Shown in pieces: positions 16,771 to 26,589 of a stretch of 61,750 nucleotides of DNA. Position 1 is the stretch's first letter. The number at the start of each line of letters is the position of its first letter. The notes under the pieces are model-generated. The model worked only from the letters and a program-made list of their open reading frames with translations. It did not search any database and was not told the DNA's origin. The stretch is from a virus. Its lineage: Duplodnaviria; Caudoviricetes. The DNA lies in the IMG/VR virus record IMGVR_UViG_3300044941_000295, positions 1 through 61,750 of that record; one strand, given 5' to 3'. The translations under genes were made by a program, and so were the position numbers.

Positions 16771-19700
16771 TTAAAAATGAAGAAATAGAAAAGCTAAAAA
16801 AAGAGCTAATTTTTAAACCTCTTAATTCTAAAGAGGAGCTTAGAGATTGGCTCTATCTTTATTTTGATATCTATTTTCCTATGGGGGTTGTCTACCCCAC
16901 CTCTACTCATGGCCCTATTGACGCTATGTGGAGAATCTATGAGCTTTTTAAAACGGGCGAGACCAAAAAAGTCCCTCAAGCCGTGATGGTAGCTAGTAGG
17001 GACTCATTTAAATGCCAAGCAGAGGGTAGTAAGCTTATAACTAAAGAAGGCATCAAAAACATAGAAGACATTAAAATTGGAGATGTTGTCTGGACAGGAT
17101 TTTCTTGGCAAAAGGTAACTAATTGGATAGATGACGGAATAAAAGACGGGGTTAAAATTACTACGAAATATGGCTACAATTTTACAGGCACCCCAATTCA
17201 CAAATATTGGGCACTTAGGGACGGGGTTGAACAATGGATAGAGTCTAAAGATCTAGATCCCGAAAAAGACCTTATATGTCTTAACTCTAATGTAGATTTG
17301 CAGTTTAAAGTAAACAACGAAAAGTATGATTTAGGCTATTTTTTAGGAATACTTGTCGGCGACGGCTGCTTATCTTTTTTAGATTACGAAAAAAACTCCC
17401 CCTTTTTTGCTCTGACTACGGTAGACAACTATATAAAGGATTTTTTCTTTAATTTTTGTGAGAAAAATTGGGGTTATACACCTAAAATTGCGACCGATAA
17501 GATAACCTACAGAGTAAGCAAAAAAGATGCCATTAATTTTGTAAAAGAATGCGGTCTTAAAAATAGCCTTTCTTATCAAAAAACTGTACCAAAAATTGTG
17601 TGGACAGATAAATCCATTGCTCTTGGCTTTATAAACGGTGTCTTTGATACGGACGGTACGTTTGAAAAAACTAAGAAAAACGCTTTATTTCAGATGTGTG
17701 CCGAAACACTTTTGAGAGAAATGCAAATATTGCTTCTTTCTTTTGGGGTGGTGTCGTCTTTTAGAAAATCTAAAAATTTGGTTAAATTTAAAGACCCATC
17801 TTTAAAACAAAATCATTTGACTTGTTATCTAACGATAAACGGTCACGACCTCGTTAAATTTCAAAAACTTGGCTTTACAAATAAATCCGCAAAAGCTAGT
17901 AAATTTAACAACGACATTAAAAAACCTAACTGCCATGATGTAATAAGCTGGTCTCAATTAGGGTTTTTAGTAGAAGTAATGAACCTTAAAAAAATAACCA
18001 AGAAAACTGCTGGTAGAAAAATAAAAACACCCATTAATCAATATAGAAGTAAAACTTACGGCGGAGTCGCTACAGATAAGTTGGTACGTTTTATTGAGTG
18101 GGCAAAAGAAACTATTGAGATGGGTGGATATAGAGAAGAGGACATTCCTAAAGTAGTTGACTGCATTAAAAGAATAGAGTCGTTGGTTAAAAACAAATGG
18201 CTAACTTTTACTAAAGAGGATGTAAAAGGTGTTCATTTTTATGACCTAACAGTGGAAAATGACCATAGTTATTGGAGCAATGGGTCTATAAGCCACAATA
18301 CTTTATCCGCTGCCGCCATCGAAGTTCTTTTATTTTTGCATTTCAGACTGCCCATGGCACATGCCGCCGCCATTAAATTCCAAGCAGGGGCTTGTGTTAA
18401 CTACGTCAACACAATGTTCAGAAAAATCAGACCGTATCTTGAAGCTCATGGTTGGACAAAAACATCAGATAATAAAACCCTAATTGAATGGCGCACTCCA
18501 GAAGGTGACGATATCTCTCTTACTGTTTTGACTGCAACCAAAGAAGGGTTTAACAGCCGTCACGTACCTCTTATGGTTTTGGACGAGCTAGATCTTATGG
18601 ATGCAGGCGCATTCCAAGAATCTCGAATGGTTCCTTCAATGTATAAAGGTATGCACCCCTTGACGCTTATTCTTTCCACTAGAAAATTTGCATCGGGCCT
18701 TATGGAGTCCCAGATCGCCCTCACCCCAAAAATCGGCGGTGAAGTTTATCGCTGGAACATTATAGATGTATCTGAAAGAATTACGCCCGAACAGGCTGAA
18801 GTGGACAAACCCAAAGTTGTTCGGTATGTAACCGCAAACCTCCCAATGCAAAATTTGTCAGAAGAGGAATGGAAAGCCTTGCCCGATAAAGAAAAAAATA
18901 AATTTGAAAAGTTTGAAGCGTATGCAGGCATAGCAGAACATCCTTTATTGCCTGTTATGCGCCACTATCTTGTTCATAGACCTCAACAAGACCATGGCTT
19001 TTTGTACAAACCTGTAGAAGCTGTTTTAAACAACTTTAGAGGTACAACGCCTGAATTTGCTGATGCCCAGCTTTTATGCAACAAGCCAAGTTCGGCAGGT
19101 CTTGTATATCCCAGATTCGACTCTCATTTAAACGTACTTACTATACCCCAAGCTTGGGAGAAGATCACTGGTAGTGAAAACCGCTATGCTACTTATGAGC
19201 AATTAAGGCAGTTTTTAATAAAACTTGGGTGTGTTTTTATTGGGGGTGGAGATTTTGGGTTTAGCGACTCGACCGCTCTAGTGGTGCTTTGTGTTTTGCC
19301 GGGAGGACATATTTTGTTGGTGGATAGTTTTATAGCTCCCGGCCTTGAACCAGAGGATGTTGTAAAACAGATGCTAGAGATGAACGAAAAATGGCAAATC
19401 GATAGATGGTACACCGACCAAAACCGACCCGACATCATCAAAACTTTTGTAAGAAGGGGCGGCAAGGCTCCTAAATTCGACAAGGATGTTGCAGAGGGTA
19501 TTGGTGCTTTACAGTCCAAAATTGTGGACTCAAATGGCGTTAGAAGGTTTTTTGTTTTAAATGTGCCTGAAAATCAATTTGTGATTGATATGTTTGCTAA
19601 TTATAAATGGGCTCTGGATAGCAAAGGCGAGATTGTGGAAGGAAAGCCCTACCATGATAGAGACGGTGTTTCAGACATGGCTGACGCTATACGTTATCCT

Positions 19701-19913
19701 TTCCAGAACTTATTTGGCGCTTCCAAAAAAGTTACGTTTGCTACTGCAACTTCAGACCCCGCCTTAACAAAGCCTAAAATGACGGGCTCTTTGGAAGAAA
19801 TGGCTAAGCAAGCAAATAAGCAGCTTATGCAAGAAAAAATGAACGAGCTTGTTCCAGAATCTAATCGTCAACCTGAGAAAAAGAAGGGGGCGAGAAAGAT
19901 CCTTTTCATGTGA
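16767..19913 (+). CDS. terL: terminase large subunit containing an intein
   Basis: ASRDSFK|T Walker A-like, MVLDE Walker B, GGDFGFSD nuclease motif, DMADAIRY. Confidence 0.9.
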   Translation: MIKNEEIEKLKKELIFKPLNSKEELRDWLYLYFDIYFPMGVVYPTSTHGPIDAMWRIYELFKTGETKKVPQAVMVASRDSFKCQAEGSKLITKEGIKNIEDIKIGDVVWTGFSWQKVTNWIDDGIKDGVKITTKYGYNFTGTPIHKYWALRDGVEQWIESKDLDPEKDLICLNSNVDLQFKVNNEKYDLGYFLGILVGDGCLSFLDYEKNSPFFALTTVDNYIKDFFFNFCEKNWGYTPKIATDKITYRVSKKDAINFVKECGLKNSLSYQKTVPKIVWTDKSIALGFINGVFDTDGTFEKTKKNALFQMCAETLLREMQILLLSFGVVSSFRKSKNLVKFKDPSLKQNHLTCYLTINGHDLVKFQKLGFTNKSAKASKFNNDIKKPNCHDVISWSQLGFLVEVMNLKKITKKTAGRKIKTPINQYRSKTYGGVATDKLVRFIEWAKETIEMGGYREEDIPKVVDCIKRIESLVKNKWLTFTKEDVKGVHFYDLTVENDHSYWSNGSISHNTLSAAAIEVLLFLHFRLPMAHAAAIKFQAGACVNYVNTMFRKIRPYLEAHGWTKTSDNKTLIEWRTPEGDDISLTVLTATKEGFNSRHVPLMVLDELDLMDAGAFQESRMVPSMYKGMHPLTLILSTRKFASGLMESQIALTPKIGGEVYRWNIIDVSERITPEQAEVDKPKVVRYVTANLPMQNLSEEEWKALPDKEKNKFEKFEAYAGIAEHPLLPVMRHYLVHRPQQDHGFLYKPVEAVLNNFRGTTPEFADAQLLCNKPSSAGLVYPRFDSHLNVLTIPQAWEKITGSENRYATYEQLRQFLIKLGCVFIGGGDFGFSDSTALVVLCVLPGGHILLVDSFIAPGLEPEDVVKQMLEMNEKWQIDRWYTDQNRPDIIKTFVRRGGKAPKFDKDVAEGIGALQSKIVDSNGVRRFFVLNVPENQFVIDMFANYKWALDSKGEIVEGKPYHDRDGVSDMADAIRYPFQNLFGASKKVTFATATSDPALTKPKMTGSLEEMAKQANKQLMQEKMNELVPESNRQPEKKKGARKILFM
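17013..18299 (+). mobile_element. intein (429 aa) with LAGLIDADG homing endonuclease
   Basis: Starts CQAEGS, block B TPIHK, LGILVGDG and INGVFDTDG, ends YDLTV...SHN followed by Thr. Confidence 0.93.
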
Positions 19914-19971
19914 TTTTTCGACAAAAACGGCCAAATAGCCGTAAATTTGCGAAAAAAAAGCTTTAAAAGGC

Positions 19972-19979
19972 AATCTTTA
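19972..19979 (+). promoter_or_regulatory. putative late promoter motif AATCTTTA
   Basis: 19 nt before ATG 19999. Confidence 0.65.
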
Positions 19980-19998
19980 TATAAAATCGGAGAAAAAC

Positions 19999-20931
19999 AT
20001 GGCTAAATTAAATCTTCTAACCTCTATTCAAGTTTATAAAGACTCTTCCCCTACAAACAATCCGCTTCAATCAACCGCTAACTGGACTAATAGTCAGATT
20101 GGGGTTGAGGTGTCCGAACCAGAAACTAAAAACCTTAAAATCCAACCTCAACAGTCAGAAGTGCTGTTTTCTGGAGTTGTACCAACAGACGCAAATAACA
20201 CCACTCTATACAGCATCCAAAAAAAGGTAGGAGTTTCAAATATATACATCCTTTCTGCGGTTGGCGGAACATTGCCAAATTTTAGACAGAATCGAGGAGT
20301 TAACGCCAACAATACTACCCAAATCACTATTTCTAAATCAGGCGCTCTTATGACTTTAACCCATTCTGGAGGGACAGCGCCTAATTTCAGTAACTTACAG
20401 TTTGGAGATATTCTTGAATTGGGTAACTCTTTTGATGTCCTAAACCGTGGAAAATTTAAAATCCTTTCTTATACCTCTAACACTGTAACTGTTGAAAATT
20501 ATGCTGGAGTGGTTGAGGTTGTAACTTTAGCTAATGGAAACGACCTTATTGCTTATTCGGCTAATGGCGTTCAAGTTGGCCAAAAAGTTAAAATTGGCGC
20601 TAACTTTGCTGGTTATACTAGAGGTGTTTACGAAATTACTGATGTGGGCCCAAACCACTTAGAATTTAATTCAGCTAAGGGAATCCCCGCAGAAAGCAAC
20701 GTACTAGCATCAATCGTGGTATATAAAAATAGCAAAAGCTTTCTCTATATTGAATACGATAAAGTATGCTCTCTTACAATTAATGGGGTTGAGAGAAGCG
20801 GCCTAAAACCCCTGTCTGTAGGGGCCAAAAAAGCGGCGGGATTTGTTTTGGAAGTTAGTGATATGTATAGCGCAGAAATTAAAAACGAAAGCACAGATGC
20901 TATGAATGTTTTGCTTATTAGTGCGGAGTAA
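19999..20931 (+). CDS. putative virion structural protein (beta-rich)
   Basis: S/T/N/G-rich 310 aa between terminase and portal. Confidence 0.6.
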   Translation: MAKLNLLTSIQVYKDSSPTNNPLQSTANWTNSQIGVEVSEPETKNLKIQPQQSEVLFSGVVPTDANNTTLYSIQKKVGVSNIYILSAVGGTLPNFRQNRGVNANNTTQITISKSGALMTLTHSGGTAPNFSNLQFGDILELGNSFDVLNRGKFKILSYTSNTVTVENYAGVVEVVTLANGNDLIAYSANGVQVGQKVKIGANFAGYTRGVYEITDVGPNHLEFNSAKGIPAESNVLASIVVYKNSKSFLYIEYDKVCSLTINGVERSGLKPLSVGAKKAAGFVLEVSDMYSAEIKNESTDAMNVLLISAE

Positions 20932-20933
20932 CC

Positions 20934-22724
20934 ATGAGTGATAAGAAAAAAATCATATTGGATGCCGCAGAAGTATCGACAGCTCAAGAAATCCAAGACA
21001 TTTATAATGAAGCTGTTATAGCTAAATCGGCTGCACCAACGACAACCGCCGACCTTATTAAAAGTGCCATGGGTTTTGTTCAATCGGGCAAGCGAGTCCC
21101 CCGACTTGCTTTTAACGAAAATCCAATGCAAAAAGACTCCTACGCAGGCGTCTTTAAGTATAAATCAACATCCCTACCGTTTCAGGTAATTAAAAAAATT
21201 CGAGTTCAAAACCTCTTGGTCGCAGCAATTGTTCGCACCAGAGGCTCACAGATGTCCATGTTTGGACATATTAAAAATAATCGCTTTGATATTGGGATTG
21301 AGCTTAAAATCAAAAAACAATTTAAAGATAGTATCGAACCTGAAGAATTAGAGCAAATCAAGGACAGAATGGATCAGTTCATTAAACTGTTGCTTGATTG
21401 CGGAAAAACCGAAGGTCTTAGAGAAAAAGATAAAATGACTCTTTCTGAGTTTTTAAGCTTGCAATGCCAAAACGGCGTAAGTTTTGGCTGGTTTGGTACA
21501 GAGTTGATTTGGGAAGATCCCGGCACTTACAAAAAACTTCACAGGTTTAGACCAGTAGATTCAGGGAGTATTTATCACGCCCTTAAGCGTGGCGAATATG
21601 CGGAGGGCACTCGACAATCCTCAATCAGGTGGTTAGAAGAACAACAAGGCATTAAAATTAATAAAGACATCTTGCAAAAAGATGAATACGATTATGTGCA
21701 GGTGATAGACGGAACCCCTAGACAAGCATTTACCAGTAAAGAGCTTATTATGTACAATTTATATCCGACTACGGATATTGAACATAATAGTTACCCAATC
21801 ACCCCGCTTGACACTGTAATTAATGCCGTTACAACCCACTCCAGCATTGAAGTGTATAATAAGCTATATTTCCAAAACGGTAAGTCAGCTAAAGGTATGC
21901 TGGTTATTAAATCGGACAATATTGACGAAAATACCATTCAGGATATGAAGCAGCAATTCCAAGCTTCAATCAACAACGTCAATAACTCATTCAAGATCCC
22001 TATCTTTGGTGTCAGCAGAGAAGATGAAGTGGCTTGGATCAGTACCATGCCAAACCGCAAAGACGGTGAGTTTGAATATCTTTTTGATCAAACTACTCGA
22101 AATATTCTTGCCGCCTTTAACATGTCTCCTGACGAATTGCCCGGCTTTGCCCACCTAAGTCGAGGCGCAAACCAGCAAGCCCTGTCTGAAGGAAATAATG
22201 AGTTTAAATTGACAGCGCAGCGTGACTCGGGCATTAGACCGCTAATTCTAAAGTTTCAAGACTTTTTTAATGAAAAACTCTTTCCTTTGCTAGATCCAGA
22301 ACTAAGTCAGCTTTGCGATATCCATTTCTCAGGTCTTGATGCGGAAACCAGACAGCAAGAGTCTAACCTGCTTATGGCGGAAATGCCTATTCACATGACT
22401 TATGATGAAGTTATGGACATCGTAGACAAGACCGCTATAGGTGAGGAATGGGGCGGCCGAGTTCCAATGAACGAAAGGTATCTTCAAGGGATTGACAAAT
22501 ATTCGGACGTATCGGACATTGTTTCAAAGTTCTACAAAACACCGTCAGCGCAAGTAGACCCTGTTCTTAAATATAAACGAGATCAGTTCTGGATGCAGAA
22601 CATGCAGATGCTTTCTCAATTCAACCCTGCAGCTCTAAAAGCGTATTACGCCCCTAAACCACATGCACTTGATATTTTAAAAATGAACGTACAGGACATG
22701 TTAGAAGAAGATGAGGTAGAATAA
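20934..22724 (+). CDS. portal protein
   Basis: RPVDSG, YFQNGKSAKGML, ILAAFNMSPDEL motifs of HK97-like portals. Confidence 0.88.
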   Translation: MSDKKKIILDAAEVSTAQEIQDIYNEAVIAKSAAPTTTADLIKSAMGFVQSGKRVPRLAFNENPMQKDSYAGVFKYKSTSLPFQVIKKIRVQNLLVAAIVRTRGSQMSMFGHIKNNRFDIGIELKIKKQFKDSIEPEELEQIKDRMDQFIKLLLDCGKTEGLREKDKMTLSEFLSLQCQNGVSFGWFGTELIWEDPGTYKKLHRFRPVDSGSIYHALKRGEYAEGTRQSSIRWLEEQQGIKINKDILQKDEYDYVQVIDGTPRQAFTSKELIMYNLYPTTDIEHNSYPITPLDTVINAVTTHSSIEVYNKLYFQNGKSAKGMLVIKSDNIDENTIQDMKQQFQASINNVNNSFKIPIFGVSREDEVAWISTMPNRKDGEFEYLFDQTTRNILAAFNMSPDELPGFAHLSRGANQQALSEGNNEFKLTAQRDSGIRPLILKFQDFFNEKLFPLLDPELSQLCDIHFSGLDAETRQQESNLLMAEMPIHMTYDEVMDIVDKTAIGEEWGGRVPMNERYLQGIDKYSDVSDIVSKFYKTPSAQVDPVLKYKRDQFWMQNMQMLSQFNPAALKAYYAPKPHALDILKMNVQDMLEEDEVE

Positions 22725-23347
22725 TGGAATCAATATACAAAACAAAATACCAAAGCCTTAAACAAAGATATCAAACAGACCTTGATACAGCTTTTCGTTT
22801 GGGATATGAAAAAGGCGCTCAAGACGCCCAAATAGAAGCCCAAATGCAACAAATACAGATGCAGCAACAGCAAATGGCGGCTCAACAGCAAATGGCGGCT
22901 CAACAGCAAGCCATGGGGCAGCCGCAAACGGGCGCACAAGGCGAGGAAATGTCTCCAGAAGAGCAAGCTACTGTAGGCGCACAAGGTGGTGAACAGCAAA
23001 TGCCACCAGAAATGGCGGGTGCGGCAGGAGGCGCTCCGATGGGTGGAGAGCAAATGCCACCAGAAATGGCTGAGCAAGGTGAGCTTGATGAGAAGATTCA
23101 AGAGCTAGAAAGTCTTCTAAGTAAAGGGGAAAAGCCTAAAATCCTTGATTTACGTAAAGTGGTTATGGAGCTTTCTTCTATTAGGAAAAATCAAATCGAA
23201 AACCTTAACAAGAAATCTAAAAAAATTGAAACTAAACAGAGATCTATAGTTAAAAATATTCTAAAAAAGTGGCAAGAAGAGTCAAAATCTGTAACGTCAG
23301 ATCTTGACAAAATTTTAGAAACTGAAGGTTTGAAGCTGGGTGAATAA
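22724..23347 (+). CDS. Gln/Met/Gly-rich hypothetical protein with short internal repeats
   Basis: QQQMAA x2 and GGEQ(Q)MPPEMA x2; LSKG motif. Confidence 0.7.
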   Translation: MESIYKTKYQSLKQRYQTDLDTAFRLGYEKGAQDAQIEAQMQQIQMQQQQMAAQQQMAAQQQAMGQPQTGAQGEEMSPEEQATVGAQGGEQQMPPEMAGAAGGAPMGGEQMPPEMAEQGELDEKIQELESLLSKGEKPKILDLRKVVMELSSIRKNQIENLNKKSKKIETKQRSIVKNILKKWQEESKSVTSDLDKILETEGLKLGE

Positions 23348-24957
23348 TGAGAGGGCTTTCTTATGGCGCCCTTAAAAAAATAGCTAACCTAATAGACCAA
23401 CATTTTGATTCGATTGGTTTAAAATTTTTAGGGCTCATTCCAAAATCTAGAGGTAGCCGCATATTCTTTGACGCTGAACCAGACAGCTTGGTTTCTCTTT
23501 TCTTAGAAGCTCTAGACACTAAATCCCCCACCAAAACCGAGGAAGATACTTTAAAATCCATCCTTACTATAGCAGATGGGTATGTAGATGCCCTAAAAGA
23601 ACGCACAAAAGCTCAGGTGCTTCAGGATATAAATGCTTACGTCAACGACCAAAAACGCCAGAAAAAGCCAATTGATGTCAGCAAGGTGAATGAAATTTTT
23701 ACCGAAAAAATTGATAAAGCAAAGGCGCATTTTGAATTAATAGCGGGGCAGGAGAGCTACAAAACAAAAAACATTGCCTCTGCTTTAAAGTTCACAAGGA
23801 TTGGCGAAAGTTTAGGTGAAAGTGATCCGACAGTGTTCTTCGTGGTTACACATGACGACCGCACGGGCCCGTATGAATACATCCTTCACACACTACCCGA
23901 TAAAGTAACCCCACGCCTTTGGAAACTGTCTGAGGTACAAAGCTCTTATTATAAGCCGGGCGATCAATACCCAAGCTTTTCTGGGCTTCACGTTAATTGT
24001 TTTACTGAAACTCAAAAACTGTACACAAAAGAAGGACTAGTCACCTTCAAAGAACTTTTTGAAACCCAACAAAAACCAACAGTTATGGTTGATGGTAGGG
24101 TGATCAACAAAAAAATTCCAGCAAACCACCTAGGCAAGGAAGTGCCGGGACTGGTAAGGCTAGATCCTCACATTAAAAGGCCCGCTAGATTTTTTGAAAC
24201 AGAGCCAATTTTTTACACAGGCAAACAACCTGTATTAAGGCTGCATTTAACAAGCGGGCATGAAATAGAAGTTACAGAAAATCACGAAATGTGGGTGAGT
24301 ACAGGAAATGCCCAATGGGGAAAAAGAGTGGCTCACACCTTAAAGGTTGGTGATAAAATACCTTTAGCTGCCTATTCCGAATGTTTTGGTAAAGATCATT
24401 TCCCTGAAGAAGCTGAACTTATAGGTAATCTTTTCAGAAAAGATGTTCAAAAACCAAAAAAAGTGCCAGAAAGATTGTTCAAAGCAGACAAAGAAACCGT
24501 TTCCGCTTTTTTAAGAGGATTGTGCAAGGCAGATGAATATTTTGAAAGTAATCGTATAGTTTTATATCAAAATGACTTAGAATTTCTCAAACAAATTCAA
24601 CTGTTAATAAGTATGTTTGGTTTTGTATCTAAAATTCATCATCATAGCAAATCCTCAATGAAAACCATAACTTACTCTGACGACGCAAAATTTAAAAACG
24701 CTAAAATATCAAAAATAGAAAAATTAGGTGAACTTGATACTTATTGTCTTACTGAACCCATAACCAATACCGTCACCGTAAATGGTATAATTACAGGACA
24801 ATGTAGATGTAAACTTAGCTACTTACCTAAAGGTTACGGCTTTGGGAGCGACGGTAGAATCAAATTTATAGCCAAAGATCATGATGAATTTAAAGTACAG
24901 CGAGAAAAGTACGGACTTCCTGAAGTTCCTCAAAAAATATCTAAAAAAAGATCTTGA
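23347..24957 (+). CDS. head morphogenesis (Mu gpF/SPP1 gp7-like) protein containing an intein
   Basis: DDRT and HVN|CRC motif restored by intein removal. Confidence 0.8.
   Translation: MRGLSYGALKKIANLIDQHFDSIGLKFLGLIPKSRGSRIFFDAEPDSLVSLFLEALDTKSPTKTEEDTLKSILTIADGYVDALKERTKAQVLQDINAYVNDQKRQKKPIDVSKVNEIFTEKIDKAKAHFELIAGQESYKTKNIASALKFTRIGESLGESDPTVFFVVTHDDRTGPYEYILHTLPDKVTPRLWKLSEVQSSYYKPGDQYPSFSGLHVNCFTETQKLYTKEGLVTFKELFETQQKPTVMVDGRVINKKIPANHLGKEVPGLVRLDPHIKRPARFFETEPIFYTGKQPVLRLHLTSGHEIEVTENHEMWVSTGNAQWGKRVAHTLKVGDKIPLAAYSECFGKDHFPEEAELIGNLFRKDVQKPKKVPERLFKADKETVSAFLRGLCKADEYFESNRIVLYQNDLEFLKQIQLLISMFGFVSKIHHHSKSSMKTITYSDDAKFKNAKISKIEKLGELDTYCLTEPITNTVTVNGIITGQCRCKLSYLPKGYGFGSDGRIKFIAKDHDEFKVQREKYGLPEVPQKISKKRS
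23998..24801 (+). mobile_element. intein (268 aa) ending in Gly-Gln, with degenerate endonuclease remnant
   Basis: Starts CFTETQ, VTENH block B, AFLRGL remnant, ends TYCLTEP...NGIITGQ followed by Cys. Confidence 0.88.
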
Positions 24958-24982
24958 CGTTTAAACATTCCTGTAGGATAAT
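24954..24982 (+). promoter_or_regulatory. sigma70-like early promoter TTGACG-17-GATAAT
   Basis: Hexamers and spacing read directly. Confidence 0.65.
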
Positions 24983-25012
24983 CTTATTAAGATCAGCAAC
25001 AAAAGGAATGTT

Positions 25013-25315
25013 ATGACAGACCTGACAGTAGCCACAACAATCCTCCAACAACTTGGCGGTAAAAGATTTATCCTTATGACAGGGGCTAAAAATGTAGGTG
25101 GAGGGTCTGACTATTTATCTTTTACACTTCCTAAAAACTCAAAAAAGATTTCCCATGTGCTTGTTAAGTATAACAAGGGAAGTGACACCTATTCTATGAA
25201 ATTTATGAATGTTAGAGGTGTTAACGTTAAAAATGTAGCAACTTATGACGATGTATATTGCGATATGCTACAAGAATTGTTTACAAAAGAAACTGGCTTC
25301 TACACAACACTCTAG
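25013..25315 (+). CDS. conserved-type small phage protein
   Basis: TILQQLGG.RF..MTGAK motif. Confidence 0.75.
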   Translation: MTDLTVATTILQQLGGKRFILMTGAKNVGGGSDYLSFTLPKNSKKISHVLVKYNKGSDTYSMKFMNVRGVNVKNVATYDDVYCDMLQELFTKETGFYTTL

Positions 25316-25324
25316 GAGGAAAAT

Positions 25325-25417
25325 ATGAGACTGCCGAACTGGTATAAATCTTTTGGATGGAAAATTGATGTCCTAATTGTAGTAGCTGCTATGGTATATC
25401 TTTTGCAGAGAATGTAA
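25325..25417 (+). CDS. 30-aa hydrophobic peptide MRLPNWYKSFGWKIDVLIVVAAMVYLLQRM
   Basis: AGGAGG RBS; fills the gap; below ORF cutoff. Confidence 0.6.
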   Translation: MRLPNWYKSFGWKIDVLIVVAAMVYLLQRM

Positions 25418-25418
25418 T

Positions 25419-25634
25419 ATGGATTTAGAAAAAATTAAAAACCACCCTAGAGTTGAGCTTAGAAAAAGACTTGTATCTCTGCATAAAATTACCAAGGGAA
25501 GCTATCTGAAATATTCTTCTACTGGAAATCTTTCCTTGTACAGTAAAGACGGTATAAAAATAGCAAAACTGGTGACTGACTGTGAAGGTGATAGTTATAT
25601 TAAATTTAACAATAGCATGAGTAAATATTTTTAA
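25419..25634 (+). CDS. hypothetical protein
   Basis: 71-aa ORF downstream of TGGTATAT at 25392-25399. Confidence 0.6.
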   Translation: MDLEKIKNHPRVELRKRLVSLHKITKGSYLKYSSTGNLSLYSKDGIKIAKLVTDCEGDSYIKFNNSMSKYF

Positions 25635-25643
25635 GGAGCCTAA

Positions 25644-26072
25644 GTGAAAAAAGGCAAACATAGAACTTATGCCGAAAAAGAACGTGACGGTGAAATTAAA
25701 AGATTAAAAGACTCAAACAGAAGATTGAAAAGTGAAAACGACAGATTAAAATCAGAATTAAAAACGTACCGAGTTGCTTTTGAAAAAAATATTCAATTCC
25801 TAAAAGGTAAAACAAAAGATCTTACGGTTGAAGAGCTTATTGAGGGTGCAAAAAAAGAGCAAAGTCTCAAGGAGATCGAGACCCAAAAAGAACTCACCTT
25901 CAAGGAATTGGAGAAAAAATGGAAGTGCTTTAAATGCGGCACTGGCGTTATGAGGATTATTTCTTATATGCGCCCCGATGGGGCTTGGTACATACGTAAG
26001 TGCTCGAATTCACAATGCACTAACAGAACCAAAGCCCAGCCTTGGAATGACAAAGTAGAAGGCGTAAAATAA
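25644..26072 (+). CDS. coiled-coil plus Zn-ribbon protein
   Basis: CFKC...CSNSQC; AAGGAG RBS. Confidence 0.75.
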   Translation: MKKGKHRTYAEKERDGEIKRLKDSNRRLKSENDRLKSELKTYRVAFEKNIQFLKGKTKDLTVEELIEGAKKEQSLKEIETQKELTFKELEKKWKCFKCGTGVMRIISYMRPDGAWYIRKCSNSQCTNRTKAQPWNDKVEGVK

Positions 26073-26086
26073 TTTTAAAAAATAGC

Positions 26087-26115
26087 TTGCATTTTGTTTT
26101 TGCGTGTTGTATTAT
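26087..26115 (+). promoter_or_regulatory. sigma70-like early promoter TTGCAT-17-TATTAT
   Basis: Preceded by A/T tract; GGAGG RBS downstream. Confidence 0.7.
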
Positions 26116-26134
26116 TTCTGTATCGGAGGAATTT

Positions 26135-26353
26135 ATGAATAACGTAAAAACTCTAAACAGACCACGCTACTCCAACCTTGTTGCCTCTATGTCTAAAACT
26201 ATCGTTAAACAAATGAATGCTTTTGAGTATAAGCATAAAAATATGCTACACTATATTAACCCCGATCTTGAAAAAAGAGCTTGGGCAGCAATTGACTCCA
26301 AAGATACTTTTAAGATGGACAAGATTATTAAAGAATTCGATAGCTTAATTTAG
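26135..26353 (+). CDS. hypothetical early protein
   Basis: Start reassigned to ATG after GGAGG. Confidence 0.7.
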   Translation: MNNVKTLNRPRYSNLVASMSKTIVKQMNAFEYKHKNMLHYINPDLEKRAWAAIDSKDTFKMDKIIKEFDSLI

Positions 26354-26361
26354 GAGGCGGC

Positions 26362-26586
26362 ATGAAAACTAGACTAGAAAGAGTTCTTGACGCTTTAGGT
26401 TGGCAGGGTGGAACCGTCCACCAAGCCCAAGACGAACTAACTAAAATGGGCCTAAAAGGTTGGGAAATACTAGAGGACAGCCCAGCCAGCTTTGAGCACC
26501 TGCTTGAGCTTATAGAGCATAAGGTGAAACAAAAAAACAGAATGAAAGAGCTAAATATAAGTTTTGGTGCACCCAAAAAGGCTTAA
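26362..26586 (+). CDS. hypothetical early protein
   Basis: AGGAGG RBS; LGWQGGTVH motif. Confidence 0.7.
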   Translation: MKTRLERVLDALGWQGGTVHQAQDELTKMGLKGWEILEDSPASFEHLLELIEHKVKQKNRMKELNISFGAPKKA

Positions 26587-26589
26587 AAA

